From positions 1,383,343 through 1,447,342 of the forward strand of contig OZ242354.1 of assembly GCA_965208765.1 (NCBI GenBank): a stretch of 64,000 nt of DNA, given 5' to 3'. This stretch comes from Candidatus Poribacteria bacterium. Its GTDB lineage: Bacteria; Poribacteria; WGA-4E; JAJDTR01. The position numbers were made by a program, and so were the translations under genes. Shown one piece after another: positions 20,645 to 30,955 of this stretch (position 1 is its first letter; each line of letters opens with the position of its first letter). Below the pieces are notes generated by a model, which worked only from the letters and a program-made list of their open reading frames with translations, did no database searches and was not told where the DNA came from.

Positions 20645-22228
20645 ATGAACGCAAAAATAACGGGATGTGCTGATAGCCCCAACACTCGGAAATTTGCCGA
20701 CCGTATGCGAGAGCGAAATCCTTCGTTCGAACCGGAGGCTTTCCGCCAACTCAGCGGCACAGATTTAACCACGTCGAAGATTGGTTACGGTTCCTATCGC
20801 GTTGACTACCGACACGGTGAGCATACAGCAACCCTTCGTGAAGCTATTCAAGCCGGCTGCAATCTAATTGACACCTCTAGCAATTACACCGACGGTGGGA
20901 GTGAGACGTTGATTGGAAATGTCTTGAGCGAGCAGATTGCGGAAGGGAAGTTCGAGCGAAGCGAGATAATCGTAGTCTCGAAGGTCGGTTACATTCAAGG
21001 TCAAAATCTAGACGAAGCCATGCGGCGTGAACGAGAGGGGGAACCTTGGGAGGAAGTCGTCAAATATATGGATGGGTGTTGGCATTGCATCCACCACGAT
21101 TTCCTCGTGGATCAATGGAAACGCAGTTCGGACCGGCTGCAACTCGAGACTATTGACGTTTATCTACTGCACAACCCGGAGTATTTTCTCTCAGATCTTC
21201 ACAAGCGAAGCACCCAGGCAAATGTTGAGGATATCCGGGATACCTTTTATGACCGTATTTACCGTGCCTTCGTGCAGATGGAGCATTTCGTAGAGGAAGG
21301 CAAAATTCGCTGCTACGGGATATCATCCAACACGTTTCCCTCTCCTAAGACGGACTTTGAACACGTCTCCCTCCACCGCTGTTTCTCCGCAGCTTGCGAC
21401 GCGGCGAGAACGGTGCACGGTAATCAAGACGCGAACCACTTCAGAATAATCCAGCTCCCATACAATCTCTTTGAACATTCCGCGCTGTTAGAGGTCAACA
21501 ACACAATCAACGGGCAAGATATGACGGTGCTCGAGGGAGCAGAAACACTTGGGATTGGCGTGTTGGTGAACCGCCCGCTCAATGCCGTACAGGGCAATCA
21601 GATGGTGCGCCTAGCGCAGTACCCTTACAATCCTGAAATCGACTATCAAGATGCGATTGACAAGGAAGTCGAAACGCTTGATGAGACAGAGAATCGGCTG
21701 CGAACGACGCTGACGGATTGGGGAATCTTGGTTCAACTGAGCAAGTCGGCTAACACGACGCTGTTTTATGATCTTGCTCAAAAGCTGCCCCGATTCATGC
21801 CTCAAATCCAAAACCGCGACCACTGGGAGCAAATCTCTCAACAATACCTCATCCCCCTGATTCACACCTATTTGGGGCAAACGATTGAAGCATGCCCAAA
21901 TGCCCATCAGGCCGAGTGGAAGGTCATGCAAACGGAATATGTCGAAGCGATCAACCGGTTGCTTGCACTCGTCTCGGGACGATTCAACCGCATGGCATCA
22001 CTACAGGCGGAACCGATTTCAAAGGCATTGGATCAGATGTTGGAGGGAGAAGAAAGAAAGTTGACATTGTCACAAAAAGCTCTGAACTTTGCTACTTCGT
22101 CGCCGGGAGTGTCGGTGGTGTTAAACGGAATGAAACGGGGCGAATACGTCGCCGATGCCATGGGGACGATGAGCATTCCCGCCTATTCGCAGCCTGTTCT
22201 AGAGCTAACAAAAGCCATGGAAGGCTGA
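20645..22228 (+). CDS. aldo/keto reductase family protein with C-terminal extension
   Basis: Aldo-keto reductase N-terminal half (YGSYRV...LIDTSSNYTDGGSE...IDVYLLHNPE) followed by about 200 aa of unknown function. Confidence 0.7.
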   Translation: MNAKITGCADSPNTRKFADRMRERNPSFEPEAFRQLSGTDLTTSKIGYGSYRVDYRHGEHTATLREAIQAGCNLIDTSSNYTDGGSETLIGNVLSEQIAEGKFERSEIIVVSKVGYIQGQNLDEAMRREREGEPWEEVVKYMDGCWHCIHHDFLVDQWKRSSDRLQLETIDVYLLHNPEYFLSDLHKRSTQANVEDIRDTFYDRIYRAFVQMEHFVEEGKIRCYGISSNTFPSPKTDFEHVSLHRCFSAACDAARTVHGNQDANHFRIIQLPYNLFEHSALLEVNNTINGQDMTVLEGAETLGIGVLVNRPLNAVQGNQMVRLAQYPYNPEIDYQDAIDKEVETLDETENRLRTTLTDWGILVQLSKSANTTLFYDLAQKLPRFMPQIQNRDHWEQISQQYLIPLIHTYLGQTIEACPNAHQAEWKVMQTEYVEAINRLLALVSGRFNRMASLQAEPISKALDQMLEGEERKLTLSQKALNFATSSPGVSVVLNGMKRGEYVADAMGTMSIPAYSQPVLELTKAMEG

Positions 22229-22288
22229 GACCAATCCGTAGTTTCATCAACCTGCTGTCCCTGATGCTTCAATGGAGGCCTACGAGAT

Positions 22289-24571
22289 CTATTTCAAAAT
22301 CACCATCCGGCGCGTAACGGAATAAGCGTCAGTCTCTAGCCGATAGAAATAAAGTCCCGACGCAACCGGTTCGCCAAGTCCATCTCGCCCATCCCAGTAC
22401 GCTGCACGGTTCCGACTCGTATACACGCCCGCAGGTTTGTGCCCGATCATCAGCGTTCGTACTCTCCGCCAGTTCATATCATAAATCGTCAACACTACCT
22501 CGGAGGGCTCCCCCAACTGATACGGTATCCATGTGTCCGGATTAAACGGATTGGGGTAATTCGGTAGCAATGCCGTCTGATTGGAAGTTAAAGAAGTGAC
22601 TGAGCGTGATAGTTCTAACAGTAGCCCGGTCTTATTGACGACTTCTATTCGTTTAACGCCGCCCCATGTCGTAGGAAGTCTGAGATCCCACAGCAGAACC
22701 GTGCTATCCCAACTCCCGCTGGCAAGCGTGTTCCCATCGGGAGAGAACGCTACAGAGTTGACTCTCCACCTATGTCCTGATAAGGTTCGTACCTGTTTCC
22801 CGGTGCGAACCTCCCACAGACGAACCGTTCTGCCGTAATTCCCGCTACCACTCGCAAGCATTCTTCCATCAGGCGAGAAGACGACACAAGTCACATCGTC
22901 CATATGGCAAGAGAGAGATTGCAAGTGTTCGCCGGTGATAGAATTCCACAAACGAATTGTACCGTCATCGCTTCCGCTAGCAATCGTGGTGCCGTCGGGT
23001 GAATATGCAACTGAATTTATCGTCCACTTGTGCCCGGCAAGAATCTTCGAGGTCTTTCCAACGCGGAGATCCCACACACGAATCGTTCCATCCCTGCTGC
23101 CACTGGCAAGCGTATATCCGTCGGGCGAGAATACTACGGAAGTGACTCCCTCCGTATGGCCGGAAAGAGTCCGCAAGTGCTCGCCGGTGAGAGAATCCCA
23201 CAAACGAATGGTGTTGTCGTGGCTGCCGCTCGCAAGCGTGAACCCTTCGGGCGAAAACGCAACCGTGTTAACTCCTTTCTGATGACCTTGAAGGCTGTGC
23301 AGGAGGTCCCCTGTACCCGAATCCCACAGACGAATCGTCTTGTCGTATTCCGCGCTCCCACTGGCAAGCATCATCCCATTGGGTGAGAAGGTTACCGAGG
23401 TGACCCAACCTGTATGCCCGGAAAAAATTCGCACAACTTTCCCGGTGCGCATGTCCCACAGACGGACGGTCCGGTCCCAACTTCCACTAGCCATTGTGTT
23501 CCCATCGGGAGAGAAGACAGCGGAGTTTATTCTGCCCGTTTGGCCCGCAAGAGCCCGAAAGCGTTTCCCTGTGCGAACATCCCAAATACGAACCGAGTTG
23601 TCGTAACTCCCACTGGCTAATGCGGACCCGTCAGCCGAATATGCTAAGCTGTGGACTCCCTCGGTGTGCTCCTCGAAGGTCATCAGGGCTTCCCCGGTGC
23701 GTGCATCCCACAACCAAATCGCCCCGTCATATCCTCCGCTGGCAAGCTCGTCTCCACCGGGTGAGAAGACTACGGAAGCAACTCTAGCTTTATGTTTTAT
23801 AAGCGTCTGAAGGTGTACTCCAGTGCGTGTATCCCACAACCGAATAGTGTTGTCGTGACTGCCACTGGCAAGTGTGAACCCATCAGGAGAGAAAGCTACG
23901 CTCCAAACTCCACCTGCGTGCCCTTCAAGGATCATCAGGGCTTTTCCAGTCCGAGCCTCCCACAGCCGAATTGTCTCGTCGGTACTCCCACTGGCTACCG
24001 CGCTTCCGTCGGGGGAAAACGCCACGGAAGTGATCATTTGCCTATGACCTTTAAGGGTGAGCAACTCTTCCCCTGACCGCACATCCCACAAACCAACCGT
24101 GTTGTTCCAACCGCCGCTCGCAAGTGTCAATCCGTCTGGGGAAAACGCAATGGAAGTGGCTCTGCCCGGATGTTTGAATGTCTGAAGGCGACGACCCGTA
24201 CGTGTTTCCCAGATTTGAATCGTATCAACATAAGATCTAAGGGAGAGTCTGGAATTAGAAAAACTGGCATTGGCAAACGTGTGCCCACTGGGCGAAAATG
24301 CCACGGCAGTGGTCCATCCCGTTTCTGCCGCATGTAGCGCGACTTCGACATCGGTGTTCGCATCGTAGAGCCAAACGCCGATGCTACCCCCGACCGCCAG
24401 CCACGCCCCATCAGGCGAATGCGCGATGTGGGATACAGAACCTTTGCCGAAACGTGCTGCGGCGCCGTCGGGCAGATACCAGCGGGTAACGTCGTGAGCG
24501 AAGCTGCTCCCGAACAACAAAGCAGAAACCAAAATAAGACCAAGCTTAACCAAGGAGTTTTTTCTCATCAA
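22289..24571 (-). CDS. WD40-repeat (beta-propeller) protein with C-terminal T9SS-type sorting domain
   Basis: Signal peptide. About 14 WD40 repeats (GH...SVAFSPDG...LASGSxDxTIRLWD). The C-terminal about 90 aa match the Por-secretion-tail/FlgD-Ig-like pattern (NYPNPFNP...GVYTS..WDGRD..GEPVASGLYFYRL). Confidence 0.85.
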   Translation of the reverse strand: MMRKNSLVKLGLILVSALLFGSSFAHDVTRWYLPDGAAARFGKGSVSHIAHSPDGAWLAVGGSIGVWLYDANTDVEVALHAAETGWTTAVAFSPSGHTFANASFSNSRLSLRSYVDTIQIWETRTGRRLQTFKHPGRATSIAFSPDGLTLASGGWNNTVGLWDVRSGEELLTLKGHRQMITSVAFSPDGSAVASGSTDETIRLWEARTGKALMILEGHAGGVWSVAFSPDGFTLASGSHDNTIRLWDTRTGVHLQTLIKHKARVASVVFSPGGDELASGGYDGAIWLWDARTGEALMTFEEHTEGVHSLAYSADGSALASGSYDNSVRIWDVRTGKRFRALAGQTGRINSAVFSPDGNTMASGSWDRTVRLWDMRTGKVVRIFSGHTGWVTSVTFSPNGMMLASGSAEYDKTIRLWDSGTGDLLHSLQGHQKGVNTVAFSPEGFTLASGSHDNTIRLWDSLTGEHLRTLSGHTEGVTSVVFSPDGYTLASGSRDGTIRVWDLRVGKTSKILAGHKWTINSVAYSPDGTTIASGSDDGTIRLWNSITGEHLQSLSCHMDDVTCVVFSPDGRMLASGSGNYGRTVRLWEVRTGKQVRTLSGHRWRVNSVAFSPDGNTLASGSWDSTVLLWDLRLPTTWGGVKRIEVVNKTGLLLELSRSVTSLTSNQTALLPNYPNPFNPDTWIPYQLGEPSEVVLTIYDMNWRRVRTLMIGHKPAGVYTSRNRAAYWDGRDGLGEPVASGLYFYRLETDAYSVTRRMVILK

Positions 24572-24602
24572 GCGATTCTCAGCGTTCAGCTGAAATGCTT
24601 TT

Positions 24603-24956
24603 CTACTTTGAGCGTCGTTTGGTCGGACGATTGATTTTCTCGTATCGCATCTGCTTTTCGTGTTTCAGATAAAGTGGAAGCGTATCCCCTACCAGGCAGA
24701 GATGTCGATAGTCCTTGTAGTTTGGGTTGTGAAGTTGAAGCCGCTTGTGAAACTTTTTCGACCACTCTGTTCGCCAACTCAGCCGCTGGCTTGCGTTGCT
24801 CTCGACAATAGGCTCTGATTTTGTGTAGTTCTCTCGCATCTGTCGTACCTTCTCATCGAAACTGGTCGGTTCTTCAAGCCAACTCACTACCTTCCCGGAA
24901 CAGCCAGCAAGTGATAATAAACCGACTATGAATATCGTACTCAGCCATCGCGTCAT
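24603..24956 (-). CDS. small lipoprotein, hypothetical
   Basis: Lipobox LLSLAGCSG. It is encoded immediately upstream of, and on the same strand as, the WD40 gene. Confidence 0.45.
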   Translation of the reverse strand: MTRWLSTIFIVGLLSLAGCSGKVVSWLEEPTSFDEKVRQMRENYTKSEPIVESNASQRLSWRTEWSKKFHKRLQLHNPNYKDYRHLCLVGDTLPLYLKHEKQMRYEKINRPTKRRSK

Positions 24957-25093
24957 TCTTCCGCCCTTCCTTTCCAGCGCGGAAACTCCCGCATTATTCG
25001 AATAATCGATCGCCTACCATGCGGTTACCGAAGCAGGTAGTTGGGCCGATATGAGAATCGTATAACTCAAAGACCCGATAACAACACTATGAC

Positions 25094-25253
25094 ACTAAGT
25101 GGTCTATTCGCTAAGAATTTAGTGCTTCCGAGACTGGCACAAGAAACGGTTATACCGTTCCGGTAGGTGAGGTTTTTAACCGCACCGGCACCCAACAATA
25201 ACCATATTTTTTTGGAAAATAAATCACTAAGTAGCCTATTCGTTAAGAGCATG
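25094..25253. repeat. 132-bp hairpin repeat family: one full unit plus a partial unit abutting the IS left end
   Basis: gtggtctattcgctaagaatttagtgcttccgagactggcac...ccggtaggtgaggtttttaaccgcaccggcaccc...ggaaaataaatcactaagtagcctattcgttaagagcatg. Confidence 0.8.
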
Positions 25254-25263
25254 TTTGAAAAGT

Positions 25264-27092
25264 ACATTTGTAGGGTGCGCACGGCGCACCAGCCTTTAAA
25301 GCCCCAGTGGGGCGGAAGGTGTGTAGAAATACCGAAACCCTGTACGCCAAAGCCCCAGCGGGGCGACAGGTACATAGCGGTAAATTACAAAAACGCGTCT
25401 TCAAATGACTAAAAATGGCTTTGCTACCGAATTTTCAAACAGGTTCTAAGCTCGACTTTGTACAAAACTAGAAGGGGAATAAGGTAAAATTAGTCGAAAA
25501 AGCAACACCATTCGACTAAGGAGGTACACCTTGATTCCCCCATCGCTGATAACATTGTTAACTCCGTTTCAATCATTGTTTCGACGTCCTAGCTGGATTA
25601 AAATCCAAATCTTACTCGTTGGAACAATCCTTTTAACCGGTAGGCGAACAGTAACTCAAGCCCTGAGAGTGACCGGTCGGTCAGCCGACAATCGGTTTGC
25701 TCTGTATCACCACGTGCTTAGCCGTGCGGTTTGGTCCCCTCTGCAAGCCGCCCAAAAACTGTTGTTTACGTTATTGAAGTTCCTCGACGACGGTAAGCAA
25801 CCGTTAGTATTTGGCATTGATGAAACGATTGAGCGCCGCTGGGGAGCCAAAATCAAAGCACGAGGTATCTATCGTGATGCCGTGCGTTCTTCATCAAGCC
25901 ACTTTGTCAAAACCAGCGGATTACGTTGGATAGCGCTGATGTGGCTAACACAGATTCCCTGGGCATCATGTATCTGGGCGCTGCCGTTTTTGACGGCACT
26001 TGCACCCTCCAAACGTTACTATGAGTCTGAAAAACGTTGCCACAAGAAACTCACTGACTGGGCAAGACAAATTGTATTTCAACTTCGCCGGTGGTTGCCC
26101 AATCGTTACTTGGTTGTGGTCGCTGATTATAGTTATGCGGTGTTAGAATTCCTTGCAGCTTGCCAAGAATTGTCAAATCCGGTAACCATTATCACTCGTT
26201 TGCGACTTGATGCAGCACTCTACCAACCTGCTCCACCTTATAGCGGTACAGGACGTCCTTGTAAGAAAGGAGAGCGGTTACCTACCTTGGCTGACATTCT
26301 GCATGACCCAAACACCCAATGGCAGAACCTTGATTGGTATAACGGTCAACAAAGAGAAATGCAAATCATCTCACAGCCAACCGTTTGGTATCACACGGGC
26401 AAACCCCCGGTGTCAATCCGCTGGGTTTTGATACGAGACCCTCTTGGCAGTTATGAACCGATAGCCCTTTTATCAACTGACACAACACTTTGTCCCAACC
26501 AGATAGCCAACTGGTATGTTCGTCGCTGGCGAATGGAAGTCACTTTTGAAGAAGTGCGTGCCCATCTAGGCGTGGAAACACAAAGACAATGGTCGGATAA
26601 AGCGATTGCTCGCACGACTCCAATGCTATTTGGACTGTTCTCTTGGATTACCTTAGCTGCTCATCTACTGGTTCAACAGAATCAAGTAGAAGTGCGACAG
26701 GCTGCATGGTATCAGAAATCGTTAGCCACCTTTTCTGATGCAATAGGGTGGGTGAGACACCATTTTTGGTCTGCAGAAGCGGACATGACTTTTTCACAGG
26801 TCAACCAAAATGACCAGATGGTTAAAATCTCAACCGCTTTTCTCGAACGCTTGATTGACACCGTCTGTTATTCCGCTTAAATGTACAAAGTCGAGCTGAG
26901 AACCTGTTTGAATAATCGGTAGCGAAACCATTTTGGGGCATTTGTAGAAGTTTTTTCACGATTTTATTGTCTCCTGCTACGTACCTGTCGCCCCGCTGGG
27001 GCTTAGGTGCACGGGGTTTTGGCATTTCTATACACCTTCCGCCCCTCTGGGGCTTTTAGAGGCTGGTGCGCAGTGCGCACTCTACAAACGTA
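25264..27092 (+). mobile_element. IS4/IS701-like insertion sequence with about 210-bp terminal inverted repeats
   Basis: The left region (25264 to about 25470) and the reverse complement of the right region (26882 to about 27092) align along their whole length (tacatttgtagggtgcgcacggcgcaccagcc...gctcgactttgtaca). They flank a single DDE transposase ORF. Confidence 0.8.
25531..26880 (+). CDS. DDE transposase, IS4 superfamily (IS701-like)
   Basis: 449 aa. Candidate catalytic D (GIDETIERRWG), D (VVVADYSY) and E within a Y-x2-R-x3-E-x6-(K/R) motif (YVRRWRMEVTFEEVR). Confidence 0.85.
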   Translation: MIPPSLITLLTPFQSLFRRPSWIKIQILLVGTILLTGRRTVTQALRVTGRSADNRFALYHHVLSRAVWSPLQAAQKLLFTLLKFLDDGKQPLVFGIDETIERRWGAKIKARGIYRDAVRSSSSHFVKTSGLRWIALMWLTQIPWASCIWALPFLTALAPSKRYYESEKRCHKKLTDWARQIVFQLRRWLPNRYLVVVADYSYAVLEFLAACQELSNPVTIITRLRLDAALYQPAPPYSGTGRPCKKGERLPTLADILHDPNTQWQNLDWYNGQQREMQIISQPTVWYHTGKPPVSIRWVLIRDPLGSYEPIALLSTDTTLCPNQIANWYVRRWRMEVTFEEVRAHLGVETQRQWSDKAIARTTPMLFGLFSWITLAAHLLVQQNQVEVRQAAWYQKSLATFSDAIGWVRHHFWSAEADMTFSQVNQNDQMVKISTAFLERLIDTVCYSA

Positions 27093-27264
27093 CTATTCAA
27101 ACAGGTTCTAAACATTTACAATGAAAGAAACCTGGATTTCAAGGGAAAAGAGGAGGATTGAGGGAAAATCGAAGTGGGGAATGGATTACCAAAAAAGGAA
27201 TCCTCATTTTTCGAGGGAGGGGACGAACTTGGAGTATTTTAAGCGTCTCTGCGCTCCACAACTG

Positions 27265-29508
27265 TTATAACTCAACGGCTATGCCCAAGTAAGGGATAAT
27301 CGGGAATTGATAGATATCTTCTTTTTCGGTGTAATCGTCGTTGTAGCTGAAGTCGAGTAGGTTCTTGCGGTTATAGGCGTTCAACAGTTCGAGAAAGACG
27401 CGCATCTGCCAATTAGAAAAGCGAAAGGCCTTGCTAATCTTCACGTCCAGCCGATGATAGGCCGGCAAACGTGCTGAATTGGTCTCCGCGTAGATTGGGA
27501 CGTAGATGAATTCGTCGTTGCGCGGGTCGGATTTTAAGTCAGCCCCGAGCACCGGCGTGTAGGGATTGCCGGTCCGGTATTGCCATTTCGTGCCAATTTC
27601 CCAGGTTGGAGTCGGACTGTAGGTCGCCGCAAGCGTCGCCACGTGCGTTTGGTCGAACGAATAGAAGCGGTACGGTTCGCCGGGGCTATCCCGCCGTTTG
27701 GAGAGTCCATAGGCATAAGAACCCCAACCGAGGAATCGCTCCCCGGTTTGATGTCGTAGGAACACCTCGGTGCCCTGCGCGAACCCGACGCCCTGATTGA
27801 GATAATTTGCTTCGTCATCGTTGGTCACCAAGTCGACGAGGTTCTTGTAGTAACCGGCGAGCTTGATCTCGGTCGTCTCAGAGATTTCACGCGTATACTC
27901 CAGTACGTAGTGACTGGCTCGGCTGGTGCTCAACTCCGGGTTGCCGACGCTCCGCGTAAGCCTCGGCGGTGTCGGCACTTGCTGATAGTTGCCGTAGGAA
28001 AACTGGACCTGAGAACCCGGCGAGATTTCAAACAGGAGACTTCCGCGCGGTTGGATGGAGAGTCCGTCAATCTGATTCAAGTAATCCGTTCGCAAGCCGA
28101 GTACGACTGACAAAAATGGCAATACCCTGTATCGGTCTTGCAGATAGATTTCAAGTCGTTTTCCAAGTGAGGATTCGTCGATCGATTGCTTCTCGATAAA
28201 CCGGGGATCGTAATCGACTTCGCCCTCATCAGGCGGACGCAGAAAATTGCCGGTAGCCCTACCCGGTTCGAGTCCGAGTATCAAACCGGATTCAATCTGA
28301 TGTTTCGGCGTCAGCGTGTAGGTGAGGTCCTCGCGAATCACGTACTGCGGCGCATCAACTTTGAGCGATAGATCAGCGCCGATATTGACATCAAACGCGA
28401 AAAAGGAACGGGTCAAGGATAGATAGGAGGTCAAGCGGTCAGTGAGAAGGGAACGGAGGTGAATACCGGCTCCCTCGAAACCGCTGTCAAAGTCTATATT
28501 CCCTCTTAGATCCTCGTCCACATCTTCGCCATCCAGCTTGAGCGCGAAGCTGTCACCGGAGGCAAATAAATTGAGCGAGAGTTGATGCTTTTCAGAGAGG
28601 TTATAACCTCCCTTTATCTGATAATCCCAAAATCGGGGGAAGGCGGTGATTTGTCCGCTATCAAATGACAATGACCTGAGAAACAGGTCGATGTAGCTTC
28701 TTCGTCCGGCTGCATACCAAAATCCCTTGTCGCCAATCTTGCCTTCTAATAGCCCTTCGGAGTAGAGCAAATTGAGGTTGAATTTTGCATCGAAACCGTC
28801 CGTGTTTTTGTTCCTTGAATAGATGTCGATCACGGCCTGGGAGTCGACGCCAAATTCGGCGCCGTAACCGCCGGCGTAGACGTCAATCCGTTCAATGACT
28901 TCGGAACTGAGGGAGGAAACAATTCCGCCGAAATGGTAAGGGTAACCGATCGGCACCCGGTCAAAGTAATAGAGGTTGTCTGTATCGGCGCCGCCGCGGA
29001 TATACAGGGCGCCGCTAAAGTCGTTTGCCACACCGACAGCGGGCAAGGATTGTAGGGCGCGGAGAGCGTCTCCCGCCGTGCCGGGGACGCGCTGAATCTC
29101 TGCGCCGCCCAAACTCTGTCTGCCAACCGACGGCAAAGGACGATCGGTTGTAACCTCTACTTCGTCAAGGGGCACAACAACCGGCTCAAGTAAGATTTCA
29201 ACACGCGTGATTTCCGCCGGCGCTACGGTAGCCGGGGTATCCGTAGAAGGTAGGTATCGTGAAGCGTATGCGGCAAGGGTATAATGCCCGGGTGGCAGGT
29301 TGCGAATCTGAAACTCGCCGTTCGCATCGGTGAGAACGCGCTGACCGGTCTCGACGATGCGCACTTGTGCGGATTCGATGGGCTGTTTAAGATTCTGTTG
29401 AAGGACTGTGCCGTAGATTTCGCCGGATTGGCTTGAAGCCTGCTGTCCATATGCGATACAGGGACATAGGCACAATACGAATAGTATTTTAGTGCAAATC
29501 TGTTTCAC
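27265..29508 (-). CDS. TonB-dependent outer-membrane receptor with N-terminal carboxypeptidase-regulatory-like domain
   Basis: Signal peptide. CarbopepD_reg-like start (GEIYGTVL...ANGEFQIRNLPPGHYTL). Plug domain and a long barrel ending in a C-terminal aromatic residue (…IPYLGIAVEL). Confidence 0.85.
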   Translation of the reverse strand: MKQICTKILFVLCLCPCIAYGQQASSQSGEIYGTVLQQNLKQPIESAQVRIVETGQRVLTDANGEFQIRNLPPGHYTLAAYASRYLPSTDTPATVAPAEITRVEILLEPVVVPLDEVEVTTDRPLPSVGRQSLGGAEIQRVPGTAGDALRALQSLPAVGVANDFSGALYIRGGADTDNLYYFDRVPIGYPYHFGGIVSSLSSEVIERIDVYAGGYGAEFGVDSQAVIDIYSRNKNTDGFDAKFNLNLLYSEGLLEGKIGDKGFWYAAGRRSYIDLFLRSLSFDSGQITAFPRFWDYQIKGGYNLSEKHQLSLNLFASGDSFALKLDGEDVDEDLRGNIDFDSGFEGAGIHLRSLLTDRLTSYLSLTRSFFAFDVNIGADLSLKVDAPQYVIREDLTYTLTPKHQIESGLILGLEPGRATGNFLRPPDEGEVDYDPRFIEKQSIDESSLGKRLEIYLQDRYRVLPFLSVVLGLRTDYLNQIDGLSIQPRGSLLFEISPGSQVQFSYGNYQQVPTPPRLTRSVGNPELSTSRASHYVLEYTREISETTEIKLAGYYKNLVDLVTNDDEANYLNQGVGFAQGTEVFLRHQTGERFLGWGSYAYGLSKRRDSPGEPYRFYSFDQTHVATLAATYSPTPTWEIGTKWQYRTGNPYTPVLGADLKSDPRNDEFIYVPIYAETNSARLPAYHRLDVKISKAFRFSNWQMRVFLELLNAYNRKNLLDFSYNDDYTEKEDIYQFPIIPYLGIAVEL

Positions 29509-29734
29509 GTAGTGCTATTTTCCTCGCGTCCTTTTCAAGTCGACATTAATGACGTCAAATGGTCCGACCGTGTTTACACCTTGACGCCAAAAAAGATGCG
29601 AAAATAGAAGAAGCGTTGCATCGGCTGAAATTCCCTTGGATTTCTCGTATAGGTTTGGGTCAATCAGCAAAAAAGCCATAAGAGGCGCGATTATTGCACC
29701 TCGGCAATAACTCGGTTCTCGACACAAGTCTGTA

Positions 29735-29800
29735 GGGTGCGCACTGCGCACCAGTCTCTAAAAGCTCAGCTTTGGCGGAAGGTGTGTAGTAACACCTGAA
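29735..29800. repeat. solo fragment of the IS terminal inverted repeat outer end
   Basis: gtctgtagggtgcgcactgcgcaccagtctctaaaagc...ggcggaaggtgtgtag matches the outer about 70 bp of the IS terminal repeat. Confidence 0.6.
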
Positions 29801-29982
29801 TTTCGCCTACCTAAGCCATGACGGGATCAGGCCAGTCTATAGCGAGCGCGATAGCTGTCCGACAGGCATTTTGACGCGTAGCTACACCACGATGAAAAAG
29901 CTTGTCTTCAAAGGACTGAAAATTGCTTTGCTGCAACTAATAATACAGGATCTGACGATCGGTATAAAAAATTTCCTCCACT

Positions 29983-30605
29983 GTACATCTGTAGGGTGGG
30001 CACTGCCCACCATTTCCTTTACGGTGCGATCAATCGACTGGATAAGGGTCAACCGAGCGGACAATGAGGGCGGCAGAAAATACCGTGCGATTGAGCACCT
30101 ACCAGCCTTTGAAAGCAACAACGGCGCGACAGGTGCATAGCACCGGGGAGTTTACCACATTCAAACCTAAGTTGGTGGATAAATGCCCCATCCTCGGATG
30201 TTATGTCGCTCAAATTATAAGCTCGACTTTGTACATTTGAGCAGTATAACAGACGGTGTCAATCAAGCGCTGGAGAAAAACGGGTGAGATTTTACCCATC
30301 TGGTCTTATGGGTTGACGTGTGAAAAAGTCTTCGCTATAGACTAGAACTGGTGTTTCACGCAACCCGATGCATCGGGGCAAATCGCTGGCGATTTCTAAA
30401 AGCCTCTAACCTTTAGATCTCTATCGTCTTCGCTATTTGCTCAGTTGATCCCACGCCGGGGCTTTGGTTTAGTGTGGCTTGGCTTGCTATACACCTTTCG
30501 CGCCGCTGGCGCTCTCAAAGGCTGGAAGATCTCCATCGCGCTCATTATTCATTCACTTGATTGCAGTACGCACCTTACAAGAAATGGTGGGCAGTGCCCA
30601 CCCTA
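29983..30605 (-). mobile_element. internally deleted (non-autonomous) copy of the IS at 25264-27092, in reverse orientation
   Basis: A full terminal repeat (29983 to about 30245) is followed by the last about 60 nt of the transposase gene in reverse complement (encoding ...QRLIDTVCYTAQ). About 200 bp of unrelated sequence follows, then a terminal repeat outer end in the opposite orientation (30455-30605). Confidence 0.6.
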
Positions 30606-30622
30606 CAAATGTACAAAGTCGA

Positions 30623-30745
30623 GCTAAGAATTTAATGCTTACGAGACTGGCATAAGAAACGGTTCTACCACGCCGGTAGGTGCGGTTTCTAACCGCACCG
30701 GCACCCAACAATAACCATATTTTTTTGGAAAATAAACCACTAAGT
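30623..30745. repeat. 132-bp hairpin repeat family copy directly abutting the IS-derived terminal repeat
   Basis: gctaagaatttaatgcttacgagactggcataagaaacggttctaccacgccggtaggtgcggtttctaaccgcaccggcacccaacaataacc...ggaaaataaaccactaagt. Confidence 0.85.
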
Positions 30746-30955
30746 CGCCAAATGTTGAATGGTTCCATATTCAATACGTGAATAGATTCAAAATAGTCAA
30801 AGTCCGACTACGACGCGTAGGTAAGGCACGGCTTTTCGGTGTAGAATCGGCACGACAATCAAGTAAAGCAGTGTGACATTCAATCCGCAGAAAACGAAGA
30901 ATTTGGACGGAACTAGATTCCGTGCGAAACTTCGGAATGATGAGAGTTTTGATGC

